32,000 nt of DNA from Rosenbergiella gaditana (lineage in GTDB: Bacteria > Pseudomonadota > Gammaproteobacteria > Enterobacterales > Enterobacteriaceae), in assembly GCF_018494065.1 (NCBI RefSeq), contig NZ_JABBFR010000001.1, positions 248,205 to 280,204 of the forward strand. The letters are read 5' to 3'. The translations under genes and the position numbers were made by a program. How positions within the stretch are numbered: the stretch's first letter is position 1; each line of letters opens with the position of its first letter. The notes below the pieces were generated by a model. That model was not told the DNA's origin, did no database searches, and saw only the letters and a list, made by a program, of their open reading frames with translations. Below, in pieces: positions 25,613 to 32,000 of this stretch.

Positions 25613-25739
25613 AAGAGTACCCTAACGTGAAAAGGTCGATAAGCGGATCAATGAGCCGCTTGGAAGAAAATTTGTGCTCTGTGAGGTAAGCCGTTGCCAG
25701 TATTCACTGCAACGGCAAGGAATAAACTAAAATAAGCGA

Positions 25740-26768
25740 TTACGAAACTTTAATGACCATTTTACCGAAGCTTTCGCCGCGTAAAACCTTGTTCAATGCT
25801 TCTGGAGCCTGTTCGAGGCCTTCGATCACTTGTTCACGATAATGGATTTCGCCCTCCTCAACCCAAGGCGTCATGGTTGATAAGAAATTGGCGTAGTGAT
25901 CAGCGTAGTCCGCGAAAATAATAAAGCCTTGTAGCAAAATACGCTTCTTAATGAGTTGCGTAAGGATGTAAGGCGTTTTATCTGGACCAGCAGGTAACTC
26001 AGTGTGGTTGTAATAAGAGACTGCGCCACAGACGGGAACACGAGCCCGAGGATTTAAACGAGGGAACACGGCTTCAAACACCTTTCCGCCCACATTTTCA
26101 AAGTAAATATCGATCCCCTGTGGACAGGCTTTTACCAATTGCTGGTCAAAATCTTCAGCACGATGATCGATACAGTGATCCAAACCTAATACTTCTACTG
26201 CATAGCGACACTTCTCTTCGCCACCAGCGACCCCAACAACATGGCAACCGAAGCGTTTCGCTAATTGACCGACGGTCGCGCCAACCGGACCCGTTGCGGC
26301 ACCTACCACTAAGGTGTCACCGGCCTTCGGTTTACCAATATCGGTCAGCCCCATATAGGCGGTGAAGCCAGGCATGCCGAGTATTCCTAACGCATAGGAG
26401 GGATGTGCTAGCGTTTGGCCAAGCTTCACCACCTCTTGCGGTTTGGCGAGAGAATAATTCTGCCAGCCTCCTTGAGACAGGACCCAATCGCCCACCTCGA
26501 AGCCTTCCACGGTGGACAGCTCCACCCGTGATACTGTCCCACCGACCATCACTTCACCGAGTTGAACGGGCGGAGCATAGGATTCACCGTCATTCATTCT
26601 GCCGCGCATATAGGGGTCTAACGAAAGGTATTCGGTACTAAGAAGTAGTTCTCCTTGTTTCGGGCTCGGCCGCTCACCAGTCACCCACGAGAAGCACTGC
26701 TCAGTAGGCTCTCCACTAGGGCGTTGAGTAAGCTGCCAGCCCTGATAGGTTTTTTCTGCAGTGGACAT
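25740..26768 (-). CDS. curA: NADPH-dependent medium-chain reductase (CurA/YncB-like)
   Basis: YLSLDPYMRGRM, VMVGGTVSRV, LGMPGFTAYMGL.DIG.PK.G.TLVV.AATGPVGATVGQ, GIDIYFENVGGKVF and LQGFII match E. coli CurA blocks. Confidence 0.85.
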   Translation of the reverse strand: MSTAEKTYQGWQLTQRPSGEPTEQCFSWVTGERPSPKQGELLLSTEYLSLDPYMRGRMNDGESYAPPVQLGEVMVGGTVSRVELSTVEGFEVGDWVLSQGGWQNYSLAKPQEVVKLGQTLAHPSYALGILGMPGFTAYMGLTDIGKPKAGDTLVVGAATGPVGATVGQLAKRFGCHVVGVAGGEEKCRYAVEVLGLDHCIDHRAEDFDQQLVKACPQGIDIYFENVGGKVFEAVFPRLNPRARVPVCGAVSYYNHTELPAGPDKTPYILTQLIKKRILLQGFIIFADYADHYANFLSTMTPWVEEGEIHYREQVIEGLEQAPEALNKVLRGESFGKMVIKVS

Positions 26769-27135
26769 AGTGACTCCTTAAGAATATTAATAATATCTTT
26801 CAAGCCTAGCGAAATTTCTGCTTACCCGCTAGCGAGAGCGCTTATCCTTTAATGCGACAGCGAATATGGCGCTCTGCACTACTAATGAGTCTTAGGGATT
26901 TACGGGTGACGATACACTTCGCGTAAGATATTGATATGCCATACCCCGATTTTGGTATTTTCTGAATGGACTGATCCAACGATCAGTGAACAGGCGAGAA
27001 TTAGTACGCTAATCACGGGATGGCGGCTACGATATACCTTCTTCGCCTATGAGAATGGCGTCGATGACGAGCTTAGACTTCAGCAAACCTTTTATCGCCT
27101 TCCAAACGTATGGATCGTGTTGTGTCAACACCTGA

Positions 27136-27774
27136 TTAACAGGCGATACCCTGCAGGATGATTTTTTTTACATTCTCAAAAGTCTGTTGAAAAAACTCAG
27201 GATCATCCAACGTTTTACCGCTGATGGCCGCGACTTGTACGCCAAAATCAGCATAGTGTTGTGTGGTCGCCCACAGCGTAAATAATAAATGCAGCGGATC
27301 GATGGGCGCAAGTTGCCGTGCATCGATCCACCCCTGAATAATGGCCGATTTCTCGTCGATCAATTTCTTCAAGGCAGTATGGAGTGTCTGTGTTAACAAC
27401 GGAGCGCCCTGCAGCATTTCCAAGCAGAAAAGTTTGGAGGCCTCGGGGTGATCCCGCGAGACAGTTAACTTCAGCAAAATATAGTGCTCAATGGCAGGGA
27501 TGGCGTGCTGGTCTGCTTCAAACGCTTTTAAAGGTGCCAGCCACACCTCCAGCAAATCTTCCAACAGCGCAATGTACAAGGCTTCCTTAGAAGGAAAATA
27601 GTAAAGAAGATTGGTTTTTGAAACGTCGGCACTTTCGGCTACACGCTCTAAGGATGTGCCATGTAACCCAAACTGGGAAAACAGGGTCAATGCCGCGGAA
27701 AGAATGGTGCGACGTTTCTGATTTGCAGCGCGTGAACGCCGTGAATTACTGACTTTGGTTTCACTCACAGACAC
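27136..27774 (-). CDS. rutR: TetR-family regulator, RutR-like
   Basis: ILSAALTLFSQFGLHGTSLERVAE.ADVSKTNLLYYFPSKEALYIA.L...L..WLAPLKAF and WATTQHYADF are collinear with E. coli RutR as remembered. Confidence 0.8.
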   Translation of the reverse strand: MSVSETKVSNSRRSRAANQKRRTILSAALTLFSQFGLHGTSLERVAESADVSKTNLLYYFPSKEALYIALLEDLLEVWLAPLKAFEADQHAIPAIEHYILLKLTVSRDHPEASKLFCLEMLQGAPLLTQTLHTALKKLIDEKSAIIQGWIDARQLAPIDPLHLLFTLWATTQHYADFGVQVAAISGKTLDDPEFFQQTFENVKKIILQGIAC

Positions 27775-27856
27775 TCTCCTCTCTACGCTAGGCTAAGGGT
27801 TAGCAGCTGACTGCACCGCCCTTGCCCATTGCGGTGCAATAATTGTGCGTTACGGT

Positions 27857-27885
27857 TTAACCAAACGGTCTAGTTTAGACCAAAT
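27857..27885. promoter_or_regulatory. candidate RutR-type operator upstream of rutR
   Basis: TTAACCAAACGGTCTA resembles the RutR box TTGACCAnnTGGTCAA. It overlaps the perfect palindrome GGTCTA-gtt-TAGACC. Confidence 0.4.
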
Positions 27886-28340
27886 GCTCCAATGAATAGC
27901 AGTATAAATGATTAACACTCTCATCGATAAGGCTTTTTTAAACGAGAGTAGCCAGTTTCCTTTTTCTGACAATCGCTGAATTGCTGTTGTTTTGGTCGTT
28001 AAAGCATAGCGTGTCAGAGCTGCTACACGGGTATCCGACACCTGCGTAATTGCTGGTGATATTACACAAATACTGTCTATCGTATGAATAACTCCTATGG
28101 CCTGAACCAGTGATGGGGTGTTAATTTTAGTGGTTCCATTAGTGTAGGCGGATCACTGCTGACGATAGCTGGGGCAGTCAATAGTCTGAGCGGCTACATC
28201 ATTGCCGTAGTAATCCCATCATTTTTTGGTTCTTGTTTTATCAGTAAACTACTACGACATAGAGATAACGCTAACATTGTTCCTCAACCGCATAACTTCT
28301 GATTAATCAATGGACGTAACAACTATAAAGGAATTATAAC

Positions 28341-29468
28341 GTGATATCTGTCCCTGCCGTCGATGGGCTGTGTGCGCTCACTCGCCCGTATCAGTGTGAT
28401 TCAAGTAGTGAGCAGCTGTTCCATAACGCGATGCTGGAGATTGTTTCTTTTCATGTGAAAAATACGTCGGGGTACGCGCAATGGTTAACCCATCACCACA
28501 TAAACCCAGACAATCCACAGCTGAACTCATGGGGCGATCTGCCGCCGATATTTGCTAATTATTTCAAGCGTCATCTTTTGCTCAGTAATACCGGCCAGGA
28601 CGCGCTGGAACTGACGTCCTCAGGGACTAGTGGGCAAAAAAGCCGAATGCGTTTTGACGAGCGTAGCATAAAAGCCGCACAAGGTATGGTCGACCATATC
28701 TTTCATCACTATGGCTGGGTTAAACCAGATACGCCCTGTAATTATCTCCTGCTGAGTTACGAACCTAACGATATCATTACGTTAGGTACGGCCTACACCG
28801 ACCAATTTTTATGTAAATATGCGCCAGTCAAACAGGCTGTGTATGCTCTGAGAGATACCGGGAAAGGTCATGAGTTCGATCCATTTGGTGTTATTCAGGC
28901 GCTACAAACCTTCTCACGGGATGATGCACCCGTACGTATTCTAGGGTTCCCTGCGTTTATGTGGTTCGTTCTTGAAAGAATGCGCGAGATGAATTTGCCG
29001 CCGCTCACCCTGCCGCCAGGTTCATTAACATTTTTCGGCGGCGGCTGGAAAACGCATGCGGACAAAGAAATACCAAAGGCAACATTATATGCACGGCTTG
29101 GTGAACAACTGGGGTTACCTGATGCCTATTGTCGGGATGGCTATGGCTCTGTTGAACACTGTGTTCCTTATGTCGAATGCGCCCATCACCACTTTCATAT
29201 CCCGGTATATGCCAGAGCATGGATCCGCGATACCCGCACATTTGAGATTAAAGGCTACGGATCGAGGGGATTTCTGCAATTTGTCTCGCCGTATATTACC
29301 TCCAGCCCGGCCCATAGTATTGTGATGAGCGATTTAGCCATCCTGCATCGCGCCCATGAATGCGGGTGTGGAACTGATACAGACTGGTTTGAACTGCTTG
29401 GCCGCGCCAGTCAGCATACAGCCCGGAGCTGTGCATTAGCGGCCTCGGAGTTAATACAAGGAAAGTAA
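28341..29468 (+). CDS. LuxE-like acyl-protein synthetase / acyl-adenylating enzyme
   Basis: 375 aa, GTG start with an AAGGA RBS. TSSGTSGQKSRM P-loop-like motif and overall LuxE-family length and layout. Confidence 0.65.
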   Translation: MISVPAVDGLCALTRPYQCDSSSEQLFHNAMLEIVSFHVKNTSGYAQWLTHHHINPDNPQLNSWGDLPPIFANYFKRHLLLSNTGQDALELTSSGTSGQKSRMRFDERSIKAAQGMVDHIFHHYGWVKPDTPCNYLLLSYEPNDIITLGTAYTDQFLCKYAPVKQAVYALRDTGKGHEFDPFGVIQALQTFSRDDAPVRILGFPAFMWFVLERMREMNLPPLTLPPGSLTFFGGGWKTHADKEIPKATLYARLGEQLGLPDAYCRDGYGSVEHCVPYVECAHHHFHIPVYARAWIRDTRTFEIKGYGSRGFLQFVSPYITSSPAHSIVMSDLAILHRAHECGCGTDTDWFELLGRASQHTARSCALAASELIQGK

Positions 29469-29469
29469 T

Positions 29470-30915
29470 ATGTATTTTATTTATGGTAAATGCTACTCCT
29501 CCTCCACTACGGAACAGGCGCTAAGCATGCTGACAGAGACGCTGCACGATACGCTGAGCCAGCCGCTGCCGACAGATGCGTTGTTTGCCTGTGCGAGACG
29601 TTTTGTGAAGCGGCTGGAAGATAGTGCATTTTTACCCCGACTTGATGCTGTGGTCAGGGAAGATGTGAGCCAGTTCTGCCAGCCAGATGCATTGCGCTTC
29701 AAGCTTGAACATGAGCTGGGGGATGCCCCCTTCTCGCTACGCCGTTTTAATCTATCGCAGTCGCATTTCGAAAGCTGGCGCCCCCTAGGCGTCGTGTTGC
29801 ATGTCACTCCGGCTAATGCGGAGTCGCTCCCTTTTCTGGCAATAGTAGAAAGCATATTGGTGGGCAATATTAACTGGCTGCGTCCCAGCACTAGCGAACA
29901 AGGTCTGACCCTTGAACTGTTACAGGCCTTTCTTGACTGCGATGCGACAAATACGCTGGCGAACTACTTCGCCATTCTGCCAGTGGAGGCCGATCAGCTC
30001 GCTCTGCTGATGGCCCATGTGGATGGCGTTTCGGCATGGGGCGGTGATGCGGCGCTTAACGCTATACGTCATCAGCTTCCTGGCGGCTGTCGCTGGATCC
30101 CATGGGGACATAAAATTAGCTTTTCCTGGCTGATTCCGAATGCGGTTGAAGACAGACAGCTTGATGCACTGGCGGATGAAATTTGCCGTTTCAATCAGCT
30201 GGCATGTTCCAGCTCGCAAGTCATATTTGTCGATACCGAGTCGCAGTCTACGTTAACAGAAATTGGTGAAAACCTGGCGCAGGCAATGCATCGTCGTTGC
30301 GCACGCTGGTCCTTTAACCAACCGGACGAAAAGTCGGCAGCAGATATCACCAGCGCGCAAGCCTTTAGCGAACTTGACAAGATTTTTAACAATGGCCATA
30401 ACCATTGCTGGAGCGGTGAAAACTGGCGTATTTTGCTGCAAGATACGGTCGGGCTTGAACCCTCTCCACTCTATCGCACTTTGTTGTTACGCCCGATGCC
30501 CCGTCATAAGCTGATTCAGACACTACGCCCCTGGCGTACTTATCTGCAAACCTGTAGCCTGGCGGCGACAGCAAATGACACGGTCTTCCTCAGCCAACTT
30601 CTGCTGGCTGCTGGTGTTAATCGCATTACGACGCTTGCAGGCATGCATTCTAGCTATAGCGGCGAACCGCACGACGGTATGTTCGCATTAAACCAACTGG
30701 TGCGACGGGTTACTGTCACCCTTGATGCCGATTCGTTACCCGGATTAGCGACGCTCGATCTTCCGCTCCGGGCGCCAGACTTGCCCATCGCTCAGCCGAT
30801 CATGAATAAATCTGACTTCATTGAAAACATGATCCAGCCCAGCGCAAAGCTGTTTTTTCGCAGCGGAGGCAGCAGCGGCGTACCTAAACTGGCCGGTTTT
30901 ACGTATCGTGATTAG
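29470..30915 (+). CDS. LuxC-like acyl-CoA reductase fused to the N-terminal P-loop of an adenylate-forming (PaaK/F390-synthetase-like) domain; ends at an in-frame TAG
   Basis: The start is 2 nt after the luxE-like stop. LuxC-size body. The C-terminal FFRSGGSSGVPKLAGFTYRD matches the (S/T)GG(S/T)(S/T)GxPK AMP-binding motif. Confidence 0.55.
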   Translation: MYFIYGKCYSSSTTEQALSMLTETLHDTLSQPLPTDALFACARRFVKRLEDSAFLPRLDAVVREDVSQFCQPDALRFKLEHELGDAPFSLRRFNLSQSHFESWRPLGVVLHVTPANAESLPFLAIVESILVGNINWLRPSTSEQGLTLELLQAFLDCDATNTLANYFAILPVEADQLALLMAHVDGVSAWGGDAALNAIRHQLPGGCRWIPWGHKISFSWLIPNAVEDRQLDALADEICRFNQLACSSSQVIFVDTESQSTLTEIGENLAQAMHRRCARWSFNQPDEKSAADITSAQAFSELDKIFNNGHNHCWSGENWRILLQDTVGLEPSPLYRTLLLRPMPRHKLIQTLRPWRTYLQTCSLAATANDTVFLSQLLLAAGVNRITTLAGMHSSYSGEPHDGMFALNQLVRRVTVTLDADSLPGLATLDLPLRAPDLPIAQPIMNKSDFIENMIQPSAKLFFRSGGSSGVPKLAGFTYRD

Positions 30916-31398
30916 TTGGTCGTCACAAATCTAACACGTCGACTCATGCCGCTGATTCGTTATCCTGTTGGCGATATTGCTGCCTGGAGTGAACCGCTGG
31001 GAAAAACCGCGCGTAAGTTCATTTTGCAAGGAAGGAGCAGCCTCGGGCAACGTATTCGTGTAGGTTTTTCTTCTGTTTTTCCTGATGAATTCGACACTCT
31101 GATTACCGAAATATTTGGCAGGCAACAGTGGCAGATGGTACTAGATCATCAAGATTATTGCGATCAGTTAACTCTACGCATTGTCTTTACCGGCAGTGAT
31201 AACGATGCGGATGCTCTGTGTAATTCTATACTGGAAAAGGATCACTCACTTGCTGAATTGTGTGAGGCAGGTCAGTTACGCCTGATCATTGAGTGGTGCA
31301 GACAGGATGAGCTTATCTGCAACTCCCGTACCGGAAAATTACAGCGGGTCATAGACAGACGCACGTATATGACAACTGGAGTGGAAAAATGCTCGTAA
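30916..31398 (+). pseudogene. C-terminal part of the adenylate-forming domain (same frame as the preceding ORF, separated by TAG)
   Basis: LVVTNLTRRLMPLIRYPVGDIAAW matches the PaaK-type ..TtL....PLIRYrtGD.. motif that normally lies about 200 residues after the P-loop. Here it follows 6 codons after it. Confidence 0.5.
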
Positions 31399-32000
31399 TA
31401 AGGAGTTTCCAGGCAAAGGATGCTGAGGGTATCAGCATGCTGTTTCGTGAAGTATACGGTGATCGCTACGTCTATTCTGACCTTTACGTACCGACTATGA
31501 TCGAGTGGAACAACGCACAACACAACTGGCGCAGCGCGGTAGCAGTAAAAAACAACTGCATCATAGGGCATGCAGCTTTATGGCTGCATGATAATGATTC
31601 CTGTGCCGAACTGGCTATGTTTGCTACTCATCCTGAAGCCCGACATTGTGGTATAGCCACGAAACTGGGGAGGTATCTCTGTCATGAGGCACGTAAACAG
31701 CAATTGTCCACACTCACGATAAAAATGGTATGTAGCCATCCTTATTCACAACGGGTGGCGAAAAATCTGGGTTTTCATACCACAGCCCTGTTACGGGATT
31801 ACGTCGTGTCGCCATTCAAATCAGACGATCGTGAAAGCGTTATAGTTGGCGTTCTGGCTTTACAGCCACGACCAGTCCCTCAGATAGTGGAAATGAGAGG
31901 ACAGTATCTCTGGCTATCACGCCTTAGTTCCCATTTTGGCAATACGCAACCTTCTCCTTCCCTGCAGACTATCTTACCTCTTGACATTACCGACGTTAGC
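31389..32000 (+). CDS. GNAT-family N-acyltransferase (3' end outside window)
   Basis: Not in the ORF track because no stop lies within the window. I translated it by hand from ATG 31389 (10 nt overlap with the previous ORF): MLVIRSFQAKDAEGISMLFREVYG...AELAMFATHPEARHCGIATKLGRYL..., a GNAT motif-A-like region. It is open for all 204 codons to the edge. Confidence 0.7.
   Translation, partial: MLVIRSFQAKDAEGISMLFREVYGDRYVYSDLYVPTMIEWNNAQHNWRSAVAVKNNCIIGHAALWLHDNDSCAELAMFATHPEARHCGIATKLGRYLCHEARKQQLSTLTIKMVCSHPYSQRVAKNLGFHTTALLRDYVVSPFKSDDRESVIVGVLALQPRPVPQIVEMRGQYLWLSRLSSHFGNTQPSPSLQTILPLDITDVS

Noticed and set aside
26931-27161. A 76-aa + strand ORF between curA and rutR that overlaps the rutR 3' end.
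   Set aside because: No RBS and no recognisable motif. It may be a relic. Not enough support to call it a gene.
27850-28041. A 63-aa minus-strand ORF in the rutR / lux-like intergenic region.
   Set aside because: It covers the candidate operator/promoter region, and its composition and lack of an RBS argue against coding.
28120-28300. An open frame without a start codon encoding a hydrophobic stretch (..VGGSLLTIAGAVNSLSGYIIAVVIPSFFGSCFISKLL..).
   Set aside because: No ATG/GTG/TTG start in frame after the upstream TGA. It may be a fragment of a lost membrane-protein gene, but this cannot be supported.
1-32000. I looked for CRISPR arrays, tRNA/rRNA genes and long tandem repeats across the whole window.
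   Set aside because: I saw no regularly spaced direct repeats with unique spacers, no tRNA-like cloverleaf candidates next to the island boundaries and no rRNA-like sequence. Integration is at dif, not at a tRNA.

Overview
This window looks like the chromosomal replication-terminus (dif) region of a gamma-proteobacterium. Gene content and protein sequences look Enterobacterales, but the species cannot be determined by eye.

1-8.55 kb holds ordinary metabolic genes: the guaD 3' end, hpxO urate hydroxylase, ecotin, a Tat-exported flavoprotein plus tri-haem cytochrome c dehydrogenase pair, an SDR, an acetolactate-decarboxylase-family protein and a secreted M20 carboxypeptidase.

About 8.9-20.58 kb is a visibly AT-richer accessory block. 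I read it as a head-to-tail array of Xer-dependent integrated modules (IMEX / dif modules). Three degenerate dif-like sites (9310, 10353, 13018) keep the XerC arm GGTGCGCATAA (AGTGCACATAA at 9310) plus TGT. One perfect 28-bp dif (20553-20580, identical to the E. coli dif consensus) closes the array on the right. The modules are:
- (A) a decayed remnant of the prophage backbone.
- (B) an orphan polymorphic-toxin C-terminal domain plus an immunity gene.
- (C) Tn3-family scars, hcp, a frameshifted PGRP-type amidase effector and a periplasmic immunity gene.
- (D) a ~7.5 kb Ff/M13-like filamentous prophage (gII/X-V-VII-IX-VIII-III-VI-I/XI-IV) with a divergent RHH repressor, three antisense accessory genes of unknown function and a 3'-truncated secretin gene.

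20.6-32 kb holds an HTH-HipA (YjjJ-like) kinase next to dif, a TPR protein, a GT9 glycosyltransferase, nepI, curA and a rutR-like regulator. It ends with a LuxE/LuxC-like acyl-activating/reducing cluster that carries an adenylating-enzyme remnant and a GNAT gene running off the window.

No rRNA, tRNA or CRISPR array was recognised. All homology statements come from by-eye comparison with sequences I remember, not from searches.
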